Shown here piece by piece: positions 35,812 to 46,025 of a stretch of 64,000 nucleotides of DNA. Numbering within the stretch: position 1 is the first letter of the stretch; each line of letters opens with the position of its first letter. Origin of the DNA: a virus; the IMG/VR virus record IMGVR_UViG_3300027498_000003, positions 60,637 through 124,636 of that record; one strand, written 5' to 3'. The notes under the pieces are model-generated. The model worked only from the letters and a program-made list of their open reading frames with translations. It had not been told where the DNA came from and searched no databases. Made by a program: the position numbers and the translations under genes.

Positions 35812-37386
35812 TTATCTAATGTCTGGTATGAACTTCTTCATCAACCTTGGATTAAAGTGAATCAACCCTAATGATCTATTGAAAGTCTGAATATACCCAT
35901 CTAAATCTGGATAATCACTTGATTTCCAGATAGGGTTATCCTGGCCAACATATCCGTTAGGTGCGAGCTCTCCTACCTTAATTCTATCTCTATTTTTGTG
36001 TTTGTTACTTACCAGTTGTAATCCTGATGAAGCTGAATTTGTAGAATTAGATGGAAATACATGTATCTCATATGATTGAATAGGATAATCTGTACCTGGC
36101 ATTGTCCTGGCATCAAATACTTTATGATTATCTAACCATGCCCAGTGTTTGATCGATATAGATCCGAACATAGGGAAGTGGTACTTAGTAAATTGGTAGG
36201 GTGCGTATGATGCTCCTCGTCTTCCGTTCTCAAGAGGTTCCGATGTTCCTAACATAGAATCCTCTAAAGTCATTACGCAATCTTTCTTCCACTCATTCCT
36301 TATCCACTTATGTATAAGCTCTGCTGATCCCTCTCCTACTTGTAAAGTGTAGTGTCTTTGATTGTAAGGGGTTTTATCGTGCCAAGTAGCTTTAAGGTGA
36401 GAAAATACTGCAGAAATACCATCTAACGTTGGTGGGTATTTTCTGATATCTCCCATCTCTGACCACTGGTGAAGCCCCGGTGCCTGTAGCTCTTCTCCAT
36501 TTGTTCTTGAATCTACTAAAGTCTTAGAGTATCTAGCATTTACAAGCATTGTTTCTGTTTCCTTCAACATTGTCTCTTTAAGCTTCATTAAAGCTCCAGA
36601 GAATATCATCCCTTGCTGCATGCCTGGGATAGGTGTTGATGTGCCCGGCTTGCATTTTAAGACTTTAATAGTCTTATCAGCTAACCACGCCTTTCTAGTT
36701 ACTTCGAATTCCCATTTGTAAGTACCAATACCTACTCGTGCCCTTAAATAAGAGAAGCCTTTATTCATCTCTCCTATACCGGCGTCCCCTCTAAAACTGT
36801 GTAAATCAGTCATAGCTGGGCCTTTAATCCAGATATTACCCGCTCTGAAAAACTCAGGACGAACAACTGCATTAAGCTCTGCTACTACTGCTTCATACTG
36901 AAATACTACTCCGTACTTTTTGGCTCTAGAAACAATCTTAATACCTACAGAAGGATCTTCGGCTAAGTACATTTGTTGTCCCGGACGTAGGTGCTCGGTA
37001 TTGAATCTTACTTTAAATTTTCTGCCTCTCTTCCCGAGGCATTTATCTTTGCAATTGTTTGCATCTCCCATGGATCTTAGATCCTTGTGAGGCTTACCAA
37101 AAATACGATATACAACCCAATCATGATCTATCTCAGCGATTCCTCCTGCATTTCTTATAGAGGTAAAGAAAGGGGCAGGGTCCATGGACAGCGGCTGATG
37201 CCTCTGATTGAACCATTGCATAGCCCTATCGGTAAAGTCCGTGTGATCAACTGCGTCTGGGCCTCGCATGATCATTATATCCTTCTTGGTGATGTTGGTC
37301 CCAAAGTTCTGTGACCTATCAAATTGATATTCACCAACAAACCATTTGAACTTGGAAGGATCTGGGCGATTAAATTTTCCTAACAT
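35812..37386 (-). CDS. Major capsid protein (crAss-like HK97 fold), 524 aa
   Basis: Size and position two genes after the portal. Motifs such as YEAVV, GPAMTD.HS.RG, PGLHQW and FTKYHFPMFGSISIKH.AWLD resemble crAss-like MCPs. Confidence 0.85.
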   Translation of the reverse strand: MLGKFNRPDPSKFKWFVGEYQFDRSQNFGTNITKKDIMIMRGPDAVDHTDFTDRAMQWFNQRHQPLSMDPAPFFTSIRNAGGIAEIDHDWVVYRIFGKPHKDLRSMGDANNCKDKCLGKRGRKFKVRFNTEHLRPGQQMYLAEDPSVGIKIVSRAKKYGVVFQYEAVVAELNAVVRPEFFRAGNIWIKGPAMTDLHSFRGDAGIGEMNKGFSYLRARVGIGTYKWEFEVTRKAWLADKTIKVLKCKPGTSTPIPGMQQGMIFSGALMKLKETMLKETETMLVNARYSKTLVDSRTNGEELQAPGLHQWSEMGDIRKYPPTLDGISAVFSHLKATWHDKTPYNQRHYTLQVGEGSAELIHKWIRNEWKKDCVMTLEDSMLGTSEPLENGRRGASYAPYQFTKYHFPMFGSISIKHWAWLDNHKVFDARTMPGTDYPIQSYEIHVFPSNSTNSASSGLQLVSNKHKNRDRIKVGELAPNGYVGQDNPIWKSSDYPDLDGYIQTFNRSLGLIHFNPRLMKKFIPDIR

Positions 37387-37430
37387 TTGCTTATCTTTTT
37401 TTGCAAAAATTCTCTTATCTACTTATGAGG

Positions 37431-38651
37431 TTAATTAGATGCATTAAAGACCATAAGATCTTGTGCATCTTCTTTTTTTATCTTTTCCCCCTTATTTGCC
37501 TTACTTGATGTTACTACCCCACTCGCAGGTTGAGTGGAGGTCTTTTTTCTGCCGAATTTTACCGCAGCGTCTTTAGTTACAACGGTAGGTGCTATGCTCG
37601 CGTTCAAAATTTGAGCAAATACTGCTAATTGATACTGTTTACTGCTGGAAAACGCTTGTGCGAAAGCGTCGAATGCTGTAACTGCTGTTGTCCCCTGCGC
37701 CGTCTGCATTGGCGTATTTCTTACTGTGACTCCCTGCTTAAACAAGCTATGGAGCTCTGTAGGCATTTGGTATTCTCCTAATTTGCCGGAATTAACTGCT
37801 TGTGTTACAAATGCTGCTTCAGCGGCGTCTCTCTGTTTCCTTGCTTCTAAATTGGCTTGATACTGGGTATCTGCATCTTCTTCTATCTCAGATGAAAAGT
37901 CTTTATACCACTCTCGGGACTCTTTTATACTCTTCAAACGCATCTCTTCGTCCTCTTTGACACTATCTAAGAAGGCAGTAGCTGCTGTCTTAGTCATCTC
38001 GGAGTCTTTGGCAAATGCCTCTAAAAAGTCTATCTCTTCATCTTCTGTTTCAAATTTATCTTGCTCAGCTTTTCCTTTATAATAATCTATCGTCCGCATA
38101 GTATCCTCTGCGATACCGTTCTCCAACATCGAAGCCCTCTTCATTATGTCAGGGTTATCCCATCCATTTTGCCTCATTTCCGTGGTCAAATGTTGGTATA
38201 TCCTATTGGTCAATGGCTGAGCCATTTTGGTTTCGTAAGAGGTTTGTATATCCTCTGAAGTTATCTGCTCTGCATTGATATCAAAATCATCCGTTAAAAC
38301 GCCGGCTTGATATAGTTTAGTGGCTTCTACTCTATAAAAGTCGTCATCTAATTGTATGGATTCTGGTGTTTCGGGTGATTCTGGCTGTTCTACCTCTGCT
38401 TCAGCTGGAGGTTCTTTCTGTGTAGGCTCCTCTGGTGTTTCCTCTTTAATTACCGCGTCTGTAGGTTCCGATTCAGCGGCGGGCGCTGGATCGGTGGGCT
38501 GCTCGGGTATTTCTGGTGCAACTGCTTCGGGCTCTGCTGCGGGTGCAGCTGGTTCTGGGATAACTTCAGCTGGATTAGACATCGGGGCCACTGCTCCCTC
38601 TGCCTCGAATACTGCAGCATTTTCGAAAAAATTATCGTCTTCTTTAGCCAA
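37431..38651 (-). CDS. Acidic scaffold-like protein, 406 aa (TTG start)
   Basis: Between portal and MCP; Pro/Glu/Ala-rich disordered N-terminus and helical core. Confidence 0.55.
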   Translation of the reverse strand: MAKEDDNFFENAAVFEAEGAVAPMSNPAEVIPEPAAPAAEPEAVAPEIPEQPTDPAPAAESEPTDAVIKEETPEEPTQKEPPAEAEVEQPESPETPESIQLDDDFYRVEATKLYQAGVLTDDFDINAEQITSEDIQTSYETKMAQPLTNRIYQHLTTEMRQNGWDNPDIMKRASMLENGIAEDTMRTIDYYKGKAEQDKFETEDEEIDFLEAFAKDSEMTKTAATAFLDSVKEDEEMRLKSIKESREWYKDFSSEIEEDADTQYQANLEARKQRDAAEAAFVTQAVNSGKLGEYQMPTELHSLFKQGVTVRNTPMQTAQGTTAVTAFDAFAQAFSSSKQYQLAVFAQILNASIAPTVVTKDAAVKFGRKKTSTQPASGVVTSSKANKGEKIKKEDAQDLMVFNASN

Positions 38652-38735
38652 AAGTTATATTTTTGATAATATTAAAAGTCAAAAATATATTAAATATAAC
38701 TTCAGTAAACTACATGAATAGGTGATAAGGGGTAC

Positions 38736-41216
38736 TTAGCTGGTTAATCCTTTCTCAAATTCAAACTTCTCTTTTTCAAAATCTAATTTGTCTTTATGGA
38801 TAGCATATTCATTCTGAAGCTTGGCAATAGCCCCTTCGTACAGGTCGCTTACTTGGTTGAAATTTAGGTCATTTGCTAATGCGAACTTTTGAACCTCTAT
38901 CGCTGATCTCCTTTCTTTAGAAGCTAAATCAGCTAATTTAAGCTCTTTCTCCAGCTGCCTGCCCTTCTCACTGTCTATGAGATCTGCTTGTATTTTTTGC
39001 TGAGCGACCTGCTGCTGTTGTTGGAATTGTAATTGAGATTCTTTCTTCCTCTCGTTTATATCCTCTTTTAGTATATCCCATACCTGCTCTTTAGATTTAG
39101 AAAATGCTATTTTGAAAGCAGACTCTAATCCCAGCTGATTTTGAATACCAGACTGGAGAAGTGATCTTACAAATTTCAATTCATTAGATTTCTCTTTAGA
39201 ATCCTTTATACGGATTCCGAATTGTTTGAAGTAGTTCTTACCTAATACATCTAGTAATTCTATCGACACTTGGTCAAATATAAGCTTAGCTTCTAATTTA
39301 TGTTCTGAATAGTAGTGTCTGGCAGTTTCGAAAAATATCTCAAGGGCGCTTTCGCCTATTTTCCTGACCTTCTCCTCAAACAGTCCTGTTTTATTATACA
39401 TGACTTGTTGGGACTGTTCTACTATTTCTTTATTTGAGTACTGGCCAATTCCTTCTGCCCGCGCTTCGCTTATGAAGAGGTTAAAGGCTACCATCTCTTT
39501 CCAGTAATTTAACATCTGAAGTTTCTGGGCCATGTTTGCTGTTCTGCTTAAGTCCAGCTGTCTCATGTTGTTTAGCTCCACTCCCCTCATGTTTGCTTGC
39601 TTCGGATCCACCCACATCATTCCGAAGTATTTGATAAAGTGAAACCAGGTCTCTGGCTTCATATTCTTTGGCCTGGCATTCATGGTCATCATGAATACTG
39701 GTCCCCAATCTGATTTCATGTCACGCTTTATTCCGGCTAATATAACATCGAACATTTTATTGGCCCCTCTTGCTCTGTCTACCATGCTTCGAGATCTTAC
39801 AGTGCCATGGTGGGTAGATAACATGCCTCCTGCATAAGGCATAATTGCTCTGTGGAAATGTCCTTGACGTTCGTAGGCGCACTTTACAAGGCTGATCCCT
39901 GTCCATACTCTTCCTGCAAGCAGCCATCCTTGGTAGATGGCATCTCCTCTGATTTCTCTTACTTCTATATCCCCTGGTTGTTCTTTATAATGTTCGCCGA
40001 ATTCGTATGTCTCGACCTGGCCGGTCCTATCATCATATCTATCTACTTCATGTAGAATTATAGGCAATCTGTAGCAGATGTGCTCTTCTGATATGAAGCA
40101 GTCTGTATAGGCGTCTCCGGTGAATGTGTTCATTATCTCCGAATACATCATGTCCATATTCGCACTGGCTTCCAAAGATCCCGGGGATCCTTTGTCGTAT
40201 TTGGCACTGAAATACTTCTGATGCATGGAGTACTTATACATAAACTCTACATCTTGCTCATAAGAAGCTCCGAATACCCCAGGCTTTGATCCTGCTTTTT
40301 TGAATGCCCCGTAGAAACTTTCTAGCTCTTTAATGGCTTCTGGCCCTAATTTATGTGTACTTTTTGCTTGGGTCAAAGAGATCATATCGGTACTCTTTAC
40401 CCAGTCTGCGTGTTCTATCCTATCTTCAGACATCTTACCTCTCTGCCAAAGTACGTGTAGAGGGTTTTTAGATTTGAACATCATCTCACCGTTCCAGTTA
40501 CCGCAGAAATAGTATATCTGCCCCAGAGCCACGGCATATTGAAGTCCTTGTAATTTCTCGGACTTTATATCGTGTAGATCTACTAATGCTTGTAATAGTT
40601 GGGCTGCATGCTGGACTATTACTGCAGAGTAATTTCCTTCTAAGAATGCTTTTACAGGATCAGATATCTGTTCGTTTAGTATGTTTTCTACAGTTTGTTG
40701 TATGTTGTTCTGGTTTGCCGGGATCGATGTCAGTTGATCAATCGATTTACCAGATGTATCTTCTATGGCTGCTGTTAGTTTCTGCCTAAGTATATCTGCT
40801 CCGTTTCTAAACTGCTGAGTCATAGGCTCCAGTAGCTCAGCTCTGTGATCTTCGAATTTAGAATAACGAGTATCTACTACTTCTGGCTCGTAATCCTGCC
40901 TGGCCGCCTCTCCGAACATCGGTTGCACAAAATTAGCTATAAGAGGTGTGTGTACCAGATCATCATCGTCAAAGTTTATCTCCTCTATTTGCCCAGTTGT
41001 TGGGTCATTATAAGTAAAGCAGTCCCTATTTGCGTAATGGACGGGATCGAAATCTCCATTGGTCAGCTGGAGATTAATAATCATTCTAAAGTTCTCATCC
41101 TGAGTTCTACTAAGGTTATGGATACTCATCATGGCCTCCTTCACCTTTTCAAAGTCTTTCTTCTCTTTCTCTTTATTCTTAGCTAACTCGTCGGTTACCT
41201 TATGTAAAAATGACAT
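38736..41216 (-). CDS. Portal protein, 826 aa
   Basis: Directly after TerL; helical, with a C-terminal QQQQQ coiled-coil tail typical of crAss-like portals. Confidence 0.85.
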   Translation of the reverse strand: MSFLHKVTDELAKNKEKEKKDFEKVKEAMMSIHNLSRTQDENFRMIINLQLTNGDFDPVHYANRDCFTYNDPTTGQIEEINFDDDDLVHTPLIANFVQPMFGEAARQDYEPEVVDTRYSKFEDHRAELLEPMTQQFRNGADILRQKLTAAIEDTSGKSIDQLTSIPANQNNIQQTVENILNEQISDPVKAFLEGNYSAVIVQHAAQLLQALVDLHDIKSEKLQGLQYAVALGQIYYFCGNWNGEMMFKSKNPLHVLWQRGKMSEDRIEHADWVKSTDMISLTQAKSTHKLGPEAIKELESFYGAFKKAGSKPGVFGASYEQDVEFMYKYSMHQKYFSAKYDKGSPGSLEASANMDMMYSEIMNTFTGDAYTDCFISEEHICYRLPIILHEVDRYDDRTGQVETYEFGEHYKEQPGDIEVREIRGDAIYQGWLLAGRVWTGISLVKCAYERQGHFHRAIMPYAGGMLSTHHGTVRSRSMVDRARGANKMFDVILAGIKRDMKSDWGPVFMMTMNARPKNMKPETWFHFIKYFGMMWVDPKQANMRGVELNNMRQLDLSRTANMAQKLQMLNYWKEMVAFNLFISEARAEGIGQYSNKEIVEQSQQVMYNKTGLFEEKVRKIGESALEIFFETARHYYSEHKLEAKLIFDQVSIELLDVLGKNYFKQFGIRIKDSKEKSNELKFVRSLLQSGIQNQLGLESAFKIAFSKSKEQVWDILKEDINERKKESQLQFQQQQQVAQQKIQADLIDSEKGRQLEKELKLADLASKERRSAIEVQKFALANDLNFNQVSDLYEGAIAKLQNEYAIHKDKLDFEKEKFEFEKGLTS

Positions 41217-41239
41217 ATTGGGGATGTTATGTTATGTTA

Positions 41240-43681
41240 TCAAAGACGTTCAAAAGTACGGGTATTATTATAACCAGATTTTACTACCCCTCGGTTCATC
41301 CCTAATTTAGGCTTGTCTTTATAGGGATCTTCGTCGTAGTCTTTTTCAGGCTCTTCATCTGGTATAAAGTCTTCTTCTAATGCATCTAATAATAAGGCTA
41401 GTCCGTGGCCGCATGATATTAAATCATAGTTTCCGCCAGGGGTGTGGCTCTTTATTTCATTTAAAAACATGATGCTGTATATGTAATCAATATTCCTCTT
41501 TAAAATAGTACCATGTTCATCCCATGCTCTTTCTTCTAAGAGCCATTGACAGAACCTTTTCTCGGCATAAGGTTTATTTCTTCCTAATCTATATCCATAT
41601 TTTATGCCAGCTCCTTTTACTTTATAAGGGTTATCATCTGCAGAAAGTGTGTCATAAGTAGGCATAAGATGATGAAGTAGGTTGTTCTTACGGCACCATG
41701 GGTGAAATCCCCCTGAGTTATCCTCAAACCATATTAGTGCATTTCCAAAGTATTTTGATACTCTTATAATATGCTTCCAGTTATCGTGGAGTAAATTAAA
41801 TCTCCCTTTCCATACTGCAGCTATACCGTCTGTAAGCCATCCTCCATTTGATCTATGATGTTTGTATACTACCAGCCCATAAGAAGATGTACCGTAGCCA
41901 TCTTTAGAAGACACCGGATCCAGTACTAAAAAATACGTATTCTTAGGTATTATCTCCCTTACTGGTTCAAATATTACTAATCTTCCTTCCTGCTTTAGAT
42001 TATTAAAATCAGGATTCATCTCCTGTATAACTCGATCGTAATTTGAATCTTGGTCAAATCTAACTTTATAAGGAGATGTATAATCGTCTACCAAAGCACC
42101 TGCTCGGGCAAATTTCTCATATAAATCATTGTTTTCTATGTGAAGAAGTTGCGAGGATGCCTCCTCTTTTGGATACAATGATTGCATATTAGGAATCATT
42201 GCATGCCGAGGCATTATCGGATTATTAAGCTTCTTTATTGTGGCGGTGTTGCTATCACCTTCTGACCATTCTTGATATTGCTTTATAAACCTCTTAAAAG
42301 AGGCATGCATATACATGTTACCTTGATCATCTTCATAATCTCTGTATTTGTATACAGCTGACATGAATAATGCTATATTTTTACCTGAATTCTCCCAGTG
42401 GTTAGGTATTCCAAATATTCCATAGTCATTAGGCTTCATAAACAGCGGCTTCACTGCTTCGAACTTCTCGAGCTCTCCAGAGGTGCCTAATCCGACGAAT
42501 TTGCCAGTCCTCTTTCCCGAGACGCTCAGTGTATCCTCACTTTTTGCTAACAGTGATTTTAAAAATGACCCTACAAGACCTACCTCCTCTACTATTATAT
42601 TCTCTACCCTTCCCCCGATCATCTTATCCAGGTTCTCTTTTTTAAGAGTGCCCATCTGTATATTGGCCCCGTTCAATGCTCTGACACCTGATCCCTCTTT
42701 TATCACGTGCTCTATCGCGCCTTGTTTGTATGTAAAAGCGCCTTGTATATTCTTATAGGCTAAACCTCTGTACGCCCTATCTTCTTCATAAACATACTTA
42801 CCTGGATGATTAGTATGCATATGCTTCATGATATCTAGGGATCTCTGGAAAGCCTGACCTTCGGGGCCCACAATTACCGATCGAACTGGCCTGGACCTTT
42901 GATCTCTCTCTTCCCAAAATTTAATACCAGAAAAACAGAAATCATGGTAGGCTACAGCTGCCATGATATGTACAGATTTAGAAATACCTCTACATCCAAT
43001 TGTGAGGAAGTTCTTTTGGTTGATTCTTTCTGTTATTCCGGAGTTAGGCTTATTCTTCTGTTGTTTTGTTGGGCTATAAAGGGGCCTGCCCAATGGGGCA
43101 TCCCTTGGGTCGTCTATCAGATATGTCTTTGTTAAGAATGTCCACGGATCGACGTACTCTTTTAGTTTACCTCTGTAATAGCAAGATGGCGGGATCTTCC
43201 CTCTTTCTACTTCATCTAAATCTTCATCGTGAGCCTTTTTAGCCAGATAATGGCTAGTATACTTAGGATCTCCTTCAAATCCGGAGAATCCCTCGCAGCA
43301 TAACCAATACGTAGCGAATATCCATTCTATATCTCTAAGCCATGGTGATATCGTGTTTTTCTCCTCATCTTGTATTGTGGTGTAATTTACAAAGAAGAAA
43401 AGCTTAGGAGGCATGAATACCCAAGTATCTTTATCCTTGACCCAAGTTCCCTCTACGCATTTTCGGGCAAAAGGTATCCAGTACTTCTCCCAAAGAAAAG
43501 AATTCGGTTCTAAATTTTCGGGGTGGTCTCTTTGGTAGAATGAATCTCTGCTCTTTATCTTGTATGGAAACAAATCAACTAATACAAACTCCTCATCGTT
43601 GACCACTTCTTTGTATATCGCACCTTCATTGGTCTCCTTATCGTATATTGGTATATGCTCCATTAAACTACTTCTACCCAA
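41240..43681 (-). CDS. terL: Terminase large subunit, 813 aa
   Basis: Walker A-like LTIGCRGISKS, Walker B IIVEEVG, coupling GTSG, nuclease LVLDP...S and C-terminal YDLIS. Confidence 0.9.
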   Translation of the reverse strand: MGRSSLMEHIPIYDKETNEGAIYKEVVNDEEFVLVDLFPYKIKSRDSFYQRDHPENLEPNSFLWEKYWIPFARKCVEGTWVKDKDTWVFMPPKLFFFVNYTTIQDEEKNTISPWLRDIEWIFATYWLCCEGFSGFEGDPKYTSHYLAKKAHDEDLDEVERGKIPPSCYYRGKLKEYVDPWTFLTKTYLIDDPRDAPLGRPLYSPTKQQKNKPNSGITERINQKNFLTIGCRGISKSVHIMAAVAYHDFCFSGIKFWEERDQRSRPVRSVIVGPEGQAFQRSLDIMKHMHTNHPGKYVYEEDRAYRGLAYKNIQGAFTYKQGAIEHVIKEGSGVRALNGANIQMGTLKKENLDKMIGGRVENIIVEEVGLVGSFLKSLLAKSEDTLSVSGKRTGKFVGLGTSGELEKFEAVKPLFMKPNDYGIFGIPNHWENSGKNIALFMSAVYKYRDYEDDQGNMYMHASFKRFIKQYQEWSEGDSNTATIKKLNNPIMPRHAMIPNMQSLYPKEEASSQLLHIENNDLYEKFARAGALVDDYTSPYKVRFDQDSNYDRVIQEMNPDFNNLKQEGRLVIFEPVREIIPKNTYFLVLDPVSSKDGYGTSSYGLVVYKHHRSNGGWLTDGIAAVWKGRFNLLHDNWKHIIRVSKYFGNALIWFEDNSGGFHPWCRKNNLLHHLMPTYDTLSADDNPYKVKGAGIKYGYRLGRNKPYAEKRFCQWLLEERAWDEHGTILKRNIDYIYSIMFLNEIKSHTPGGNYDLISCGHGLALLLDALEEDFIPDEEPEKDYDEDPYKDKPKLGMNRGVVKSGYNNTRTFERL

Positions 43682-44238
43682 TGAAGTATTGTCCCCTTCC
43701 TGAATGTCCCTTGTGATGCTCTCTCTTTATCGATATCTTTTAGCTTCTTTATGTACTTGCTCTCCATTTTATCATATTCATCCATTAAGGATGCTATCTC
43801 CCTAGGATCTGTCTCTACGGTAAGTTTGTTTATGTGCTCTCTGAATATGTCTATTTTTTCTTTGTAAAAAAGGGCATTAGATTCTGCTACTGTTAGAACG
43901 TGTTTTTTGAAAGGCTCTATTACCCAATCATAATCATCCCATGGGAAGTCTTTGTCACCGAATATGACAAATGCTGTCTGTTCTTTAAGCTCTTTTTCTT
44001 CGGCGGACCCGTTCTCTTTCAGGTGATTGACAGGTGCCTTACCATCGTATATGGTCCATATGGCATCCATTATTTTAGAGGACTTATCTTTGCCCTCCTG
44101 TTTTATAAGGGACTTATATGGTTCGTAGTCTTTTAGTTGGTGGTTCTCTTCCCAAAATGATTCTTCGGGAAAGTTACGAGTACAAAATGCGTATAGATCA
44201 GCAATCTTTATCTCTGCATTTCGATTCTTTGTACTCAT
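43663..44238 (-). CDS. Helical protein overlapping the TerL start (candidate terminase small subunit), 191 aa
   Basis: Position only. Confidence 0.35.
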   Translation of the reverse strand: MSTKNRNAEIKIADLYAFCTRNFPEESFWEENHQLKDYEPYKSLIKQEGKDKSSKIMDAIWTIYDGKAPVNHLKENGSAEEKELKEQTAFVIFGDKDFPWDDYDWVIEPFKKHVLTVAESNALFYKEKIDIFREHINKLTVETDPREIASLMDEYDKMESKYIKKLKDIDKERASQGTFRKGTILHWVEVV

Positions 44239-44383
44239 TGTAGTTAAGTTTAACTATGCATGTTTTTGGCTTATTCTTGTCTTCGCAAGGGTTCTCCTTT
44301 AGGCAGCCTACCTTCAAATCAACAAAAGAGCCCCCTTGTGAATGGGAAGCTCTTTTTGCATCTTGATTGAGTCGTATTCTCAC
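44198..44383 (-). CDS. Hypothetical protein, 61 aa
   Basis: Fills the operon gap with an ATGA-type overlap upstream. Confidence 0.4.
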   Translation of the reverse strand: MRIRLNQDAKRASHSQGGSFVDLKVGCLKENPCEDKNKPKTCIVKLNYNEYKESKCRDKDC

Positions 44384-44598
44384 TGGATAAAATTAAACCC
44401 AGTTCCAGATCCTGTACTATCTGCAAGGGTATCTATCACGGGCTCTTCGATCCGAATAGTGTCTACCTGCTCCGGCTCTGGTGATATTGTTATGGATCCA
44501 TCTTCTCCTACAAAGAATACGTATCCAAAGTATCCAGCAATTGCTACTAAAGCGCCTACTATCAACTGTCTTAATCTTTTTGGGATTTTTTCAAACAT
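44380..44598 (-). CDS. Small single-pass membrane protein, 72 aa
   Basis: Hydrophobic LIVGALVAIAGYFGYVFFV segment. Confidence 0.55.
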   Translation of the reverse strand: MFEKIPKRLRQLIVGALVAIAGYFGYVFFVGEDGSITISPEPEQVDTIRIEEPVIDTLADSTGSGTGFNFIQ

Positions 44599-44614
44599 AG
44601 TATTGGTTTTTAAT

Positions 44615-45019
44615 TTAGTTTAACCTTTCTACGTATCCATCAACAGTTAGTTTGATCAAAGAGTTCTGGTAAGCGGGATTCACCTGCCTCATTAAAGACC
44701 TCTTTCCATTATTCACCATCTCTCTGTATTGTTTTGGGCTATGTATTGTTTCGAAAGATATGGTAGCAGTTTTCTTAGTATTTCCTAAGCTTGCCGGCTT
44801 TGGCATCTTATCCACTGTCCACTTACCTTTTATCTTCCTCTCTGCTTCAGAGAAATGCCAGGAGAAGCACGAGCAATTCTGATCATGCCATCCGTGTGTG
44901 ATTTCAGCAATATTATATTCTGGTAATAATTCAAATTCAAAGTCTATTACCTGGTTCTGCCCGATCGTCTTTCTGCCATAATCGAACACATCTTCTTTTA
45001 CTACGTTTGTTTTAGCCAT
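44615..45019 (-). CDS. DUF1573-like Ig-fold protein, 134 aa
   Basis: FDYG...DFEFE...CSCF...IKGKW resembles the Bacteroidota DUF1573 CxC pattern. Confidence 0.4.
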   Translation of the reverse strand: MAKTNVVKEDVFDYGRKTIGQNQVIDFEFELLPEYNIAEITHGWHDQNCSCFSWHFSEAERKIKGKWTVDKMPKPASLGNTKKTATISFETIHSPKQYREMVNNGKRSLMRQVNPAYQNSLIKLTVDGYVERLN

Positions 45020-45024
45020 CTTAT

Positions 45025-45423
45025 TTAGAATCTTTTTATATCAACTACTAAATTATTTTCTTTTTTAAAGTTATTCCAATCTTCAGTTATGTTATTTTTA
45101 TCGATCGGAAACCATCTTGCGGCGCCTGATTGCTCCTTACCGCATGTCTTGCTCATATCAAAAGCCATATTAGGCATCGTACAGCCGCATCCCCCTTTAC
45201 TTTTAAGGCAAGCACCATCGTCAACGCACTCTTGGCACAGAGTAGTTCTGTAAATTATAATCTCAGATACAGCTACTAAATCCTTATGCTTTATTCTAAC
45301 TCCCCAGAATATACTCCATTTGTCTTTTAGGAAAGAGATAATTCTCCCCGGAGATATATCCTTCCATTCCAGCTTCTCCCCGGCTTTGTTAATTTTAAAC
45401 ATTACTCCTCTTTTACTTTGCAA
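45025..45423 (-). CDS. Cys-cluster (putative Zn-binding) protein, 132 aa
   Basis: R..LCQEC....C....CGC........C.....W motif. Confidence 0.5.
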   Translation of the reverse strand: MQSKRGVMFKINKAGEKLEWKDISPGRIISFLKDKWSIFWGVRIKHKDLVAVSEIIIYRTTLCQECVDDGACLKSKGGCGCTMPNMAFDMSKTCGKEQSGAARWFPIDKNNITEDWNNFKKENNLVVDIKRF

Positions 45424-46025
45424 AATTTATTCACATCAAAAGGCCCGTATACCTCGGAGGCCTTTAGAACGTATACATCTAAATCTTTCTCGTCTACTGA
45501 AGTCGCTCCGAATCGTATAAATTGATCCTGAGCATAGGATACTTCTATTGCTGGTAACTTCGGCGGAGGAGGTGTTGTAACTATATGCATGCCTGCGGCT
45601 TCTTTAGTCGTCGCCCAAAATCTAAAATCTGGGTTGTCTAACTCCCCTACAACTTTACTAGGCTGTATCAGCACTACATCCCCCTCTTCGTAAACTCTAC
45701 TGAAGTGGTCAGGGTTGCTTTTTATGAAAGCGCCTACCTTTAGTATCTTGGCAGCTGGATATACTACAGAAGAGTATAACCCTGTTTGAGGTATGTAGTC
45801 CCCTTTAGTGTGATTTGGTCCGTCTGTGTTCGCTACCACATACTTAACATGCTTCTCTTGGTGCGATTTTGGAGGAAAGAATCTAAAGAATCTGACCAAA
45901 TATACATCTTCGTCAAACCCATAGGGGGTATGAGTATCCGGGAATTGGTCGTTATTAGCAAATCCCTTTATCTGCCTGTTCAGCTCCTTGTAGAACTTAC
46001 TGCTATCCGTTTGTTTTTTCTTCAC
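45402..46025 (-). CDS. Hypothetical protein, possibly GroES-like fold, 207 aa
   Basis: AKILKVG...YEEGDVVLI is weakly GroES-like. Confidence 0.3.
   Translation of the reverse strand: MKKKQTDSSKFYKELNRQIKGFANNDQFPDTHTPYGFDEDVYLVRFFRFFPPKSHQEKHVKYVVANTDGPNHTKGDYIPQTGLYSSVVYPAAKILKVGAFIKSNPDHFSRVYEEGDVVLIQPSKVVGELDNPDFRFWATTKEAAGMHIVTTPPPPKLPAIEVSYAQDQFIRFGATSVDEKDLDVYVLKASEVYGPFDVNKFCKVKEE

Noticed and set aside
41240-43681. Intein or group I intron in terL or the MCP gene
   Set aside because: No C/S...HN splice motifs, no LAGLIDADG or HNH motifs and no ORF interruption seen; lengths fit crAss-like norms.
44380-44598. Holin/lysis cassette
   Set aside because: Only one TM segment, and no endolysin or spanin gene is recognisable nearby.
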